DNA of 64,000 bases, taken from assembly GCA_937125225.1 (NCBI GenBank), contig CAKZLE010000024.1, positions 113,532 through 177,531 of the forward strand. The letters run 5' to 3'. Positions 1 to 8,699 of the stretch are shown piece after piece; positions within the stretch are counted from its first letter, which is position 1, and every line of letters starts with the position of its first letter. A program made the translations under genes and the position numbers. Origin of the DNA: an uncultured Spirochaetia bacterium. GTDB lineage: Bacteria > Spirochaetota > Spirochaetia > CAKZLE01. Under the pieces are notes generated by a model that did no database searches, was not told where the DNA came from, and worked only from the letters and a program-made list of their open reading frames with translations.

Positions 1-178
1 CTTCATTCAGAGACGTCATGGTCTTTTCTGTATGTCATCCTCAATAATTAAGGCAGAACATGATGCAGAACTTATCGAGGATGCTTCACAAATAGCACTA
101 TTAGATGAGCAGGTTAGGAGAAAAAGATAGAGGCTTTAAACAGTAGTTTTTTAACTTAAGATAAAGAAAAAATTAAAT

Positions 179-264
179 AATCCTGATACACGTGATTTGA
201 TTACAGCAGATCAAAAAGGCTGTAACGGGTGAGCTATGTCTTAAAGGCATCAGGATTCAAGGAG
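179..264 (+). promoter_or_regulatory. Candidate structured 5' leader in front of the RuBisCO-like gene
   Basis: AATCCTGAT (179-187) can pair with ATCAGGATT (249-257). This helix encloses an inner hairpin TTTGAT/ATCAAA and ends 1 nt before the AAGGAG RBS (259-264). I recognise no riboswitch class. Confidence 0.2.
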
Positions 265-269
265 TTATT

Positions 270-1559
270 ATGGGACATACAAACGCATACTTTGCCGATT
301 GGGAGACATTAGATCAAGAGAAGTATCTCATTCTTGATTACTATTTTGAATCTTTCATTGATCCTTTTGAAGCTGCAGCACATCTGTGTCAGGAGCAGTC
401 AACTGCCCAATGGAAACGAGTGGATGTGGATGAAGATCTTAGGCCTCAATTTGGTTCAAAAGTTATTGATTTACAGATTGAACGGGAACCAACTACACCA
501 TCATTACCTTACCAGATTGAAAATTGGAATAAATTATGGGGTGTCAGAGTTAAGATTGCTTATCCCCTTGCAAACTTTGGCCCAAGGATCCCAAATATGC
601 TCACTGCAGCATGTGGAGAAGGGGCATACTACAGTCCTGGAATCTACGCAATCAAACTGCATGATATTATATTCCCTTATGGGTACCTAGAGCAGTTTGA
701 AGGTCCGAAATTTGGGATAGAAGGTCTAAGGAAGTGGACGGAAGTCTACAATCGACCGTTATTCCTCGGAGTGATCAAACCAAATATCGGGCTTGCTCCA
801 GAACCTTTTGGTGCACTTGCCTACCAGAGTTGGCTTGGTGGACTAGATATTGCAAAAGATGATGAGATGCTTTGTGATACAGAATGGTCTCCATTTGCAG
901 AGAGAACAAGGGTTCTTGGTGCATTGCGTGAAAAAGCTCAGCAGGAGACAGGGAAAAGATGTGTTTATTTGGCAAATATTACTGATGAAGTAGATAAACT
1001 GCTTGAACTACATGATATCGGAGTCAAGAACGGTGCTGATATGCTCATGGTTAATGCAATGTGTATCGGGCTTTCAGCTGTTCGTATGGTAAGAAAACAT
1101 ACGGAAGTTCCACTAGTGGCTCATTTTGATTTTATCGCTCCCATGACCAAGGCTCCTTTCTATGGAATTCATTCAAGAGTTATCACAAAGCTCCAGAGAC
1201 TGTCAGGATGTGACATGATCATCTTTGCAGGTCTCGGAGCACGAATGAAGACCCCTAAGAATGAAGTATTCACCAATATAGCAGAATGTATAAATCCAAT
1301 GGGGCCAATCAAGACAGCCTTACCTGTCCCAGCTGGTAGCCAGTGGGCAGGTTCTCTCGGACCACTTCATAAGATGATGAAGAGTACTGATTTCGCAATC
1401 GTACCGGGACGTGCTGTTTTCGGCCATCCAGCCGGACCTAAAGCTGGAGCAATGAGTCTACATCAGGGATGGGAATCGGTAGAGAAAGGAGTAGAACTTT
1501 CTGAGTATGCAAAAGATCATAAAGAGCTAGCTCAAGCTATAGTGCAGTTTAATTCATAA
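270..1559 (+). CDS. RuBisCO-like protein (form IV RLP), not a carboxylating RuBisCO
   Basis: 429-aa ORF with an AAGGAG RBS 5 nt upstream. It has the large-chain barrel motifs GVIKPNIGL and GGLDIAKDDEM, so the Lys/Asp/Glu metal triad is kept. The Lys177-equivalent is Asn and the protein is shorter than true large subunits. No small subunit or PRK gene is nearby. Confidence 0.85.
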   Translation: MGHTNAYFADWETLDQEKYLILDYYFESFIDPFEAAAHLCQEQSTAQWKRVDVDEDLRPQFGSKVIDLQIEREPTTPSLPYQIENWNKLWGVRVKIAYPLANFGPRIPNMLTAACGEGAYYSPGIYAIKLHDIIFPYGYLEQFEGPKFGIEGLRKWTEVYNRPLFLGVIKPNIGLAPEPFGALAYQSWLGGLDIAKDDEMLCDTEWSPFAERTRVLGALREKAQQETGKRCVYLANITDEVDKLLELHDIGVKNGADMLMVNAMCIGLSAVRMVRKHTEVPLVAHFDFIAPMTKAPFYGIHSRVITKLQRLSGCDMIIFAGLGARMKTPKNEVFTNIAECINPMGPIKTALPVPAGSQWAGSLGPLHKMMKSTDFAIVPGRAVFGHPAGPKAGAMSLHQGWESVEKGVELSEYAKDHKELAQAIVQFNS

Positions 1560-1575
1560 TTTGGAGGTACAGAAA

Positions 1576-2016
1576 ATGAGATATGCAATTGGATCTGATC
1601 CTAATGCTACAAATTTAAAAAAAATATTTATAGAGGACCTTAAAGTCCTTGGTCATGAAGTAGTTGACTTTGGAAGTGATGACGCAGTCTATGCGAATGT
1701 AGCTATACAAGTTGCTGAAGCAGTTGCTTCAAATGCCTATGATCGAGGAATCTTGGTCTGTGGAACAGGTATCGGTATGAGTATTGCTGCAAACAAAGTT
1801 AAGGGTGCAGTAGCAGCTCTTATCACCGATGTTTATTCAGCTGAACGTGCTATTCTAAGTAATAATGCAAACATCATCTGTATGGGAGAATTTACCATAG
1901 GATCATCACTAGCACGGACTCTGTTAAAAGTCTGTACGACCCTTAGTTTTGATCAGAGTTCTCCTTCAGCAGTTAAAGTACAGCGCTATAAAGAGTATGA
2001 CAGAAATCGAGTATAG
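1576..2016 (+). CDS. RpiB/LacA/LacB family sugar-phosphate isomerase
   Basis: MRYAIGSD...VCGTGIGMSIAANKVKGAVAA is typical of RpiB/LacAB. A GGAGGT RBS lies 7 nt before the ATG at 1576; the track ORF starts at an upstream TTG at 1561. The gap to the RLP gene is 16 nt. Confidence 0.85.
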   Translation: MRYAIGSDPNATNLKKIFIEDLKVLGHEVVDFGSDDAVYANVAIQVAEAVASNAYDRGILVCGTGIGMSIAANKVKGAVAALITDVYSAERAILSNNANIICMGEFTIGSSLARTLLKVCTTLSFDQSSPSAVKVQRYKEYDRNRV

Positions 2017-2039
2017 TACCTCTTGAGAATTTTTCCTCC

Positions 2040-2074
2040 AACCTCGTCAGTTTATAATTGACGAGGTTATTTTG
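2040..2074 (+). terminator. Rho-independent terminator after the RLP-RpiB operon
   Basis: AACCTCGTCA (2040-2049) pairs with TGACGAGGTT (2059-2068) and is followed by ATTTTG. Confidence 0.6.
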
Positions 2075-2315
2075 TAGTTTTGGAATAACTCCTGGCAAAA
2101 TCAATGAGTTCTTCTTCAATACTCAATGTAAGTTTCTTATTCATTCTTTTACCTCAATACGTATATAATAAATTTATTATACGAATAAGAAAAGTGGTGA
2201 ACCTCTGAAAAAGAGAGGGTTTTATCTATGAATAGTGACTAGTTCAACTCCTCATTGATCTAGCTCTTCGAATCGAAGAATAGGTTATCCTGTCGTGACA
2301 GATGATCCAAAGAGA

Positions 2316-2360
2316 GAAAAAGACCTCCCTCCCTGTTGGGAAGAAGGTCTGTATTTTTTA
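2316..2360. terminator. Bidirectional hairpin terminator, closing the minus-strand three-gene operon
   Basis: AGACCTCCCTCCC (2321-2333), loop TGTT, then GGGAAGAAGGTCT (2338-2350): a 13-bp stem with two G-U pairs. It is flanked by an A-run on the left (a T-run on the minus strand) and a T-run on the right. It sits 32 nt after the stop at 2382. Confidence 0.6.
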
Positions 2361-2381
2361 TTTATTCTAGTTCAAGATCTA

Positions 2382-3539
2382 TCAATCGAATAGTTCTGAA
2401 GATGCCTCATTCTCTTGTGGGGGAGTTTTATCGATCGGCTCTACTATGAGAGGTTCGACTATCTTCTGGGATGAGTCTTCTAGGACTGCTGCTGCCTTCG
2501 TATTTGAGGAGTCTCCTAAGATGTTCTCCATCTCGATCACATTCTCTCCCTCTTTCATCAACTCTACTTGGGTCTCATTATTGGAGTTGATCACTTCGAA
2601 GAAGTTCTTAGGCAGGGTATAGTCATCGAGATTGAAGGTCAGCACCTGCTCTTCGACTGCTATGGTTTGTGTATGATTGAATATCTCCTGTTCAAAGGCC
2701 TTCGCAGCCTCCTCATCGACTTCTAGGGTATTGTTCTTCATATACTTCTCTGAGAGGATCGCTGCATTCTGAACGAAGAGTTCAGTGATCATCTCGATAT
2801 TGAGCAGTCTGTTTCCAAGCCCTAGAACGAATCGAGGTTCGATAAAATCTTTCTGTAACCCCTCTTGTTGAACTTGATCCATCCTCTTGATGACATCCTC
2901 TTTATTGAGAGCTATCCCGTTCTTGATCGTTCCCTCGGGATTCAGAAATACGAAGTAGAGTTGATTCTCGATCTCCGGTCTATTCTCTGTCACTGCATTG
3001 GGGTGGAGGAGGATCACTTGGTCTCCGAGTTTCGCGGTTCTTGTGGCAAAGGTCCCAACTACCGTCCTCTCCATCTCGAGCTTTGTCGTCGCATAGACAC
3101 CACCTAGGATGATAGAGTCTCTGATCATGGCGGTATTACAGAAGATATTCCCATAGATGAAGGCATGATCGATCTTTACCTGATCAGAATAGACATCACC
3201 TTCGATTACCAAACGGGAAGAGTGATCTTTGACTGGACTTGTGACGATGAACGTCTTCTCTGCCTGTATGCAGCCCTTTATCAGGGAGGAGGCCTTCGGT
3301 GTATCAAGAGTGAAGGCGGCATGTTCTTTGATGAAGATGCTCTGTTCGAGGGTACAGGGGCCTCCTCTCATATCGAGGCTGGACCCCATGACCCCACCAC
3401 CGATAGAGCAGTCTCCTCTTAATGTGATGGTCTTCCACATCTCTATCTTCGTATCGGGGATGATATCACCGGGGAAGTGATCGTTCTCAAGGATGAATGC
3501 ATGTTTTGTATTGGTCCTGTTACCAGTTGTCTTATTCAT
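2382..3539 (-). CDS. Hypothetical protein; N-terminal half looks like a repetitive beta-helix (bactofilin-like), C-terminal half unknown and acidic
   Basis: Long ORF, third gene of the operon. The ATG at 3539 is preceded by GGGAGAG. An alternative GTG at 3545 overlaps the upstream TGA stop. Repetitive G/V/I-rich pattern: IEGDVYSDQVKIDHAFIYGNIFCNTAMIRDSIILGGVYATTKLEMERTVVGTF. The fold assignment is inference only. Confidence 0.7.
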   Translation of the reverse strand: MNKTTGNRTNTKHAFILENDHFPGDIIPDTKIEMWKTITLRGDCSIGGGVMGSSLDMRGGPCTLEQSIFIKEHAAFTLDTPKASSLIKGCIQAEKTFIVTSPVKDHSSRLVIEGDVYSDQVKIDHAFIYGNIFCNTAMIRDSIILGGVYATTKLEMERTVVGTFATRTAKLGDQVILLHPNAVTENRPEIENQLYFVFLNPEGTIKNGIALNKEDVIKRMDQVQQEGLQKDFIEPRFVLGLGNRLLNIEMITELFVQNAAILSEKYMKNNTLEVDEEAAKAFEQEIFNHTQTIAVEEQVLTFNLDDYTLPKNFFEVINSNNETQVELMKEGENVIEMENILGDSSNTKAAAVLEDSSQKIVEPLIVEPIDKTPPQENEASSELFD

Positions 3540-3541
3540 GG

Positions 3542-4483
3542 TCACTCTCCCATCTCAACAGTGAGTTCATCGATGAAGGTATCGAGTTCTTCATGCAGGG
3601 ATATCCATTTGGTATCATGCAACTGTCCTGAAGAGAACATGTTCTTCAGTGAATCCTTCATGAACCCTCTCTCCTCGGTGGTGAGTTGAGCATACCCGAT
3701 TCTCTTGGTCAATTCCTTCTTCTTAGCTCTAACCTTGTCCTGTAAGGGGTTCAATACCTTCTCAGTCTTATAATCGACTGCATGATCATGGGGAATGAAC
3801 TCTCCGGGTACGTAGTGGGCGATGACAGCATCACCATTCTCTACAAGATAGACCGGTATCTGTCTCACTTCAGGCTCTTCGACTTCATCAGGGATGACGA
3901 ATCGTTGGATCTCTTCGAAGAAGGCTCCTCTCTGTTCCGTAAAGGAGGAGATTGCCTTACAGGCATCAAACCCTCTGCTCTCGACTGCAGATGTCCTTAC
4001 AGCAGTACAGTCTAGATAGTATTTCTCAGAGGTATTGGTGACTGGTATCGCACGTGTGTTATAGGCAATAGCACTCTTGTTGTTAAAGTAGTGCTTATTG
4101 AGATTTATCACATGACCATCGAGTTTCATGATCGAGGATTCCGTATTATGGACGAGTTCCCTGTTGATCAGTTCATAACGGGATCTGATCTTGTCGAGGT
4201 CCTCCTGAAGGTTGAGTTTCTTTCGTTCTAGTTGGTCAGCCATCTCGGTGAGCAGGTTCTTGTAGCTATTGAGTTCCGAACACTTCGAGACGATCATCAT
4301 GGTCGCATTGTTCTCCATGAGTTGTGCCAAACCCGTCTCCATAGTCTCATGGATCTTCCCGAAGTATCCGATGATCTTCTGTAGGATATTGACACTCTTA
4401 CCTACATCTTCCCTGATGGGAGCTACATTAAGACTTACCTCTTTGGCAAGTCCATCTATCGCTTTGATCTCATTGAATGACAT
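3542..4483 (-). CDS. Hypothetical protein (N-terminal coiled coil plus globular C-terminal domain)
   Basis: 313-aa ORF. Its GGAGGG RBS lies inside the last codons of the upstream gene. The ATG at 4483 is 3 nt after the upstream TAG (4487-4489). No catalytic motif recognised. Confidence 0.7.
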   Translation of the reverse strand: MSFNEIKAIDGLAKEVSLNVAPIREDVGKSVNILQKIIGYFGKIHETMETGLAQLMENNATMMIVSKCSELNSYKNLLTEMADQLERKKLNLQEDLDKIRSRYELINRELVHNTESSIMKLDGHVINLNKHYFNNKSAIAYNTRAIPVTNTSEKYYLDCTAVRTSAVESRGFDACKAISSFTEQRGAFFEEIQRFVIPDEVEEPEVRQIPVYLVENGDAVIAHYVPGEFIPHDHAVDYKTEKVLNPLQDKVRAKKKELTKRIGYAQLTTEERGFMKDSLKNMFSSGQLHDTKWISLHEELDTFIDELTVEMGE

Positions 4484-4486
4484 GTG

Positions 4487-6670
4487 CTAAGCCCTCCCTT
4501 CTTCAGTCTTATCTTCTTCAGTGATCAGGTCCTTGAAGACCCAGAAGTCGTGTTCGATCGCCTTATCGATCTCAAAACCAGGATGCTCTTCAAGATCGGT
4601 CTGTCTTTCACCTGAAAGGTCCAATGCTCCGGCGACAGGTTCGATAGCTTGATCGGATTCTGCGATCCTTACCATCTGGGCTGCGGCCTTGACGAATTTA
4701 GTAGTCAGCTCAACCTGTTCGACCGAACTCTCTTTGAGCTCTTCTAGCTGTTTGAGTGTCTCCTGTTGTACACGATCTCTTTCGAGATCTTCGATCTTCT
4801 CCTGATAAGAGAGCTTCTGCAATGTTGCATGAGTCTGGTTTCTCAACTCAGCGACATCATTTCTTACCTGCTCTACAATCGCATTGTTCTCTGTGATGAT
4901 ATCTTTCTCTACAGAATGGGCATAGTCTTTGACAGAGTTCAGTCTGTTCTCAGCTACAGCATTGATCTTGATCATCAGAGACTCCATCGACTCGATGACA
5001 TCTCCGATACTCTCGACTTGCGCTCTCATCGTCTGGATAGAGAGTACCTGAGAGTCGATCTCTCTACGATTGTCTCTCTCTATCTCATCCCTCTCTTTCT
5101 CATATGCTTGACGATAGTCGATCTTCTTCACATTGAGTTTAGAGTAGACCCTAATCCTCTCTTTCTCATTCTCCTGCAGCAGATAGTTATAGGCAGGCAT
5201 GAATACTGAGGAAAAGAGCTTGTGTACGGGTATAGGGTGGCGAGTCTCTCTTTCACAGAGATTGCATTTCCATACATCCTCCTTCCAGTCCTTGAGGTAG
5301 ACTCTCGCATGTTCATTCCAGGTGATCGGATCGGTGGTTCCCTCTTTGAGGGCGTTGAAGTCCTGACCAAGCAGTTTCTCGATATCCTTCTCATGACAGT
5401 AGGGACAGTAGAAGTTGTAGGCCCCGAAGTGCATGATATCTGATAGTCTCGGTTCTATGGTGGCCACCACATTCTTCACACTATGATTTCTCAGAAGGCT
5501 GATCTTGGCCATATCTTTGAGTACTTTCTTGATCACATCATCGGAGAATTCATCAACACTCCAAGAGTTCTTCTGAAGTGAGGACTCGACCTCTTCGACG
5601 ATTGACTCTTCTACGACCTCTTTAGATATATCTACGACTGGAGTCTCTATCTGCTCTTCTCTGTCAGAAGTCTCTTCAGAACTCTGTTTTTCTAGGATCT
5701 CATCACTTTCATCTAACGTGATGGTGATCTCAGAGGCTCCCTCGATCTCAGCTACAGTGGTAGCTTCAAGTTCCTGCTCTAAGGTCACAGCTTCCTCTTC
5801 TGCTATGACCGGGAGTTCTTCAGCAAGGGTTCCAACCATCTTATCCCATTTGATTCCCTGGATCTTCTCAAGCTTCTCTCTGATGAGATCTGTGTCTATA
5901 TAGGCAGACCTCTTACGGTCATAATCACTCTTTGCTATGAAATCGGTAATATCTTCAGTGTTCTCCATGATCCCCATGTCGATGGTTGCGAACTCTCTAG
6001 CTTTGAAGGCCTTTTCTATCTCTGCATAGAGTTCATGTAAAGTAGTCTCTGTATCATACAGGCAAGACTCCTCGACATTGAGTTCTTTCGGTATCTCTAC
6101 GATCGACTTATTGACAGAGGCTAGGACTGCTGGTAGATTCTGGATCTTCTCTATATAGGAGTCCCAGAGTCTTTGAACTTCATCAGCATCATCAAGATAG
6201 GGGCATGTGACATGTTCCAAGGGGAACAGACCATCCTCATCTATGATCAGAGAGCCATCACCGAATGGGTATTGGGTGAAGTTGACCACTGACTTTCCGA
6301 TCCTTGTTACCGGAGCGCTGAACTTCATCTTCTTCAACCTGCTTCGTTTTCGCAGACCTGCGATCAGTAGGATGAGCCATAGGATGGAGGGAGCGTAGAA
6401 CAGGTAGGGAAAGGTCACTCCAACCTGAGGAAGATATTCGAGGAGGAAATCAGCGACATACCCCTGTAGTAGTGGGACGATGAGACTTGCCTGTAGGACA
6501 AGGAAGAACCCCGTGAAGATGAGATTCCAGGTCATCTTCTTCTTTAGGCGTATCTTCTCATCTACATAACGTCTGAAATCTGGAAGGACCTGCCTGAGCA
6601 GTATGATGAGGAACTCATCATAGGAACTTTTCTTCTGGGAGTCAAAACCTTGAATCTTGAATGCATCCAT
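4487..6670 (-). CDS. Hypothetical membrane-anchored protein: 2 N-terminal TM helices, Glu-rich linker, CxxC-x43-CxxC zinc-ribbon-like motif, long C-terminal coiled coil
   Basis: 727-aa ORF. Hydrophobic stretches: WNLIFTGFFLVLQASLIVPLL and YAPSILWLILLIAGL. Cysteine motifs: CPYC...CNLC. The C-terminal roughly 200 aa are rich in heptad-like E/K/L/Q. No Walker or nuclease motifs seen. Confidence 0.7.
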   Translation of the reverse strand: MDAFKIQGFDSQKKSSYDEFLIILLRQVLPDFRRYVDEKIRLKKKMTWNLIFTGFFLVLQASLIVPLLQGYVADFLLEYLPQVGVTFPYLFYAPSILWLILLIAGLRKRSRLKKMKFSAPVTRIGKSVVNFTQYPFGDGSLIIDEDGLFPLEHVTCPYLDDADEVQRLWDSYIEKIQNLPAVLASVNKSIVEIPKELNVEESCLYDTETTLHELYAEIEKAFKAREFATIDMGIMENTEDITDFIAKSDYDRKRSAYIDTDLIREKLEKIQGIKWDKMVGTLAEELPVIAEEEAVTLEQELEATTVAEIEGASEITITLDESDEILEKQSSEETSDREEQIETPVVDISKEVVEESIVEEVESSLQKNSWSVDEFSDDVIKKVLKDMAKISLLRNHSVKNVVATIEPRLSDIMHFGAYNFYCPYCHEKDIEKLLGQDFNALKEGTTDPITWNEHARVYLKDWKEDVWKCNLCERETRHPIPVHKLFSSVFMPAYNYLLQENEKERIRVYSKLNVKKIDYRQAYEKERDEIERDNRREIDSQVLSIQTMRAQVESIGDVIESMESLMIKINAVAENRLNSVKDYAHSVEKDIITENNAIVEQVRNDVAELRNQTHATLQKLSYQEKIEDLERDRVQQETLKQLEELKESSVEQVELTTKFVKAAAQMVRIAESDQAIEPVAGALDLSGERQTDLEEHPGFEIDKAIEHDFWVFKDLITEEDKTEEGRA

Positions 6671-6736
6671 ACCTCATATCCCCTAAAATGAATTGTTACA
6701 TGAAGTTGAATAAGGCAAGTAAGTAGATATAAGTAT

Positions 6737-6766
6737 ATCATAGAGTCTTAGAGAATGGTAAATCAA
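6737..6766 (-). promoter_or_regulatory. Putative sigma70-type promoter of the three-gene operon
   Basis: On the minus strand: TTGATT (6766-6761), an 18-nt spacer, then TATGAT (6742-6737), about 65 nt upstream of the ATG at 6670. Confidence 0.3.
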
Positions 6767-6798
6767 ACTTTATCAGATTAGGGGTATTGCGAGGGTGA

Positions 6799-7323
6799 TC
6801 ACCTCTGGTATCTCTTGAAGAAGACCTTCTCCTCATGGAGATCCTCTGCCTTGATACCTTCGGGTCGTATTGCAGGATGACCGACTGCTATGATGGATTC
6901 GACAGTTCGATCTTCCGGGATGCCGAGAATTTCTCTGACCACCACCTCCGACGGTCTCTTATCGGTGGCGAACCTGTTCCTGATCTGGATCCAGCAGGCT
7001 CCTAGATCTAAGGCCTCAGCCTCAATGAGGATATTCGAAGAGACTATGGAGGTGTCCTCGATCCAGACATCACTCTCAGCTGGGATCCCTAAGATGACGA
7101 AGGCAAGAGGTGCCCCTGCGAGGAAGGCTGAGCCATGGGTCTTTGTCCCACTTAGTGCTTCGAGCAGTTGGTCATCTTCGACGACAATGATCTCCCAGGG
7201 TCTTATACCACGAGAGGAGGCTGAGTAGAGTGCGGCATGTGTGAGTTTCTGTACTAACTCTCTCTTTACCCGTTCTGATGTGTAACTCCTGATCGACCTT
7301 CTTCTTGCAAGCAGCGATAACAT
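6799..7323 (-). CDS. Nitroreductase family protein
   Basis: The N-terminal RRSIRSY motif and overall size (174 aa) are typical of the family. Confidence 0.85.
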   Translation of the reverse strand: MLSLLARRRSIRSYTSERVKRELVQKLTHAALYSASSRGIRPWEIIVVEDDQLLEALSGTKTHGSAFLAGAPLAFVILGIPAESDVWIEDTSIVSSNILIEAEALDLGACWIQIRNRFATDKRPSEVVVREILGIPEDRTVESIIAVGHPAIRPEGIKAEDLHEEKVFFKRYQR

Positions 7324-7404
7324 AGCAACCCCCTGTACTCTTATTCGATTGTATCATACCTGAAGGAGCAACGGAATCCTCTTGGTTGTGGTATACTGTG
7401 AAGT

Positions 7405-7818
7405 ATGGAATACCATATAGCACCCTGCGGTATGAACTGTACCTTGTGTCTTGGATATCAGAGAGAGAAGAACAGATGTCCCGGATGTCTCGGTCCTGAT
7501 ACTAAAGAGAAACCAAAACACTGTATCACCTGTGCGATCAAGAATTGTGAGAAGAGGGTCGGGACCTATTGCTATGCATGTGAAGCCTATCCCTGTACTC
7601 GATTGAAACGCCTCGATAAAAGGTACCGGCTCAAATATGGAATGAGTATGCTCGAGAATCTAGATAAGCTAAAAGATGAGGGATCGGATGTCTTCATGGC
7701 TTCAGAAGATGAGAAATGGATCTGTTCAAGTTGTGGTGCTGCATTATGTGTCCATAGGGAGCGGTGTCTATCCTGTGGAAAGCCGAATCCTCGGTTCATC
7801 ATACATGCAAAAGCTTGA
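7405..7818 (+). CDS. Cys-rich DUF3795-like protein
   Basis: N-terminal CGMNCTLCLGY...CPGC...CITC plus further C-terminal CxxC pairs. This resembles the DUF3795 family. Confidence 0.65.
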   Translation: MEYHIAPCGMNCTLCLGYQREKNRCPGCLGPDTKEKPKHCITCAIKNCEKRVGTYCYACEAYPCTRLKRLDKRYRLKYGMSMLENLDKLKDEGSDVFMASEDEKWICSSCGAALCVHRERCLSCGKPNPRFIIHAKA

Positions 7819-7843
7819 ATATGTGAAAACCTGTCATTGTCGT

Positions 7844-8623
7844 TTATTTCTTGAGGAAGTTCACGATCTGATCAAAGAGCTCGGCCTCATGCCCTAGATT
7901 CCCGAATACATGGTCTGCTCCCTTGATCGTATGAAAGAGTGTCTTTTGCTCATAGAAGTCAGCAAACTCTCTTCCGGTCTCGATAGGTACTGCATCATCT
8001 TCATCCCCATGAATGATGATCACCGGGTTCTTGTAGGCTGAGACTCGTGTTGGGAGGTCAGGTATGATGGCTCTGAGATCGACACCGAAAGCTGCACTGA
8101 CGAGGAATCCACAATGGTCTATAGACCCATCGGCTCTGAAGATCTTCCCATGTTCCTCTCTTGATCTGTCATATACATCGAGCATATTCCCGGCAGGGGC
8201 CATCAGGATCAACCCTGCAGGGATTGTTGAGTTACTCTCTTGTGCGATATCACCGCATAGACAGCTTGCTACAAGACCCCCCATACTGTGGCCGAGGACA
8301 TATATTCTATGAGAATCTATTTTTGGGTTATCGAGCATACTCTGATAGACGACCTTTGCCTGATCGATCTCAGAGGATAGGGTCATCTGATCGAAGGTTC
8401 CGTCACTCTCACCGGAACCGATGAAGTCATAACGGACAGCAACGAATCTCGATGCTTCGAGTATCCTAGAAAGATGAACATGGATCCTGTGAGCACCACC
8501 TTTATGTCCGGTGAATCCATGATTGATTAGGACAGCAGGAAAAGGACCTGATGAATCATCGGGATAGTGTTCCATACCTCTCATGATCTGGTTCTTGTAG
8601 GTCAACGTGACTGAATTCTGCAT
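7844..8623 (-). CDS. Alpha/beta hydrolase (serine hydrolase)
   Basis: GHSMGG nucleophile elbow, C-terminal IHGDEDD and GADH motifs, 259 aa. Confidence 0.85.
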   Translation of the reverse strand: MQNSVTLTYKNQIMRGMEHYPDDSSGPFPAVLINHGFTGHKGGAHRIHVHLSRILEASRFVAVRYDFIGSGESDGTFDQMTLSSEIDQAKVVYQSMLDNPKIDSHRIYVLGHSMGGLVASCLCGDIAQESNSTIPAGLILMAPAGNMLDVYDRSREEHGKIFRADGSIDHCGFLVSAAFGVDLRAIIPDLPTRVSAYKNPVIIIHGDEDDAVPIETGREFADFYEQKTLFHTIKGADHVFGNLGHEAELFDQIVNFLKK

Positions 8624-8699
8624 GGTGAGTGCTCCTCATAGTTAGTTGTATCCCCATGATAGTTCTCAATGTCCCTCTATGCAAGAGACAATATGAGGA

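Noticed and set aside
270-1559. A bona fide CO2-fixing RuBisCO large subunit
   Set aside because: The protein is only 429 aa and the Lys177-equivalent is Asn. No small-subunit, phosphoribulokinase or carboxysome genes are adjacent. It fits form IV RuBisCO-like proteins instead.
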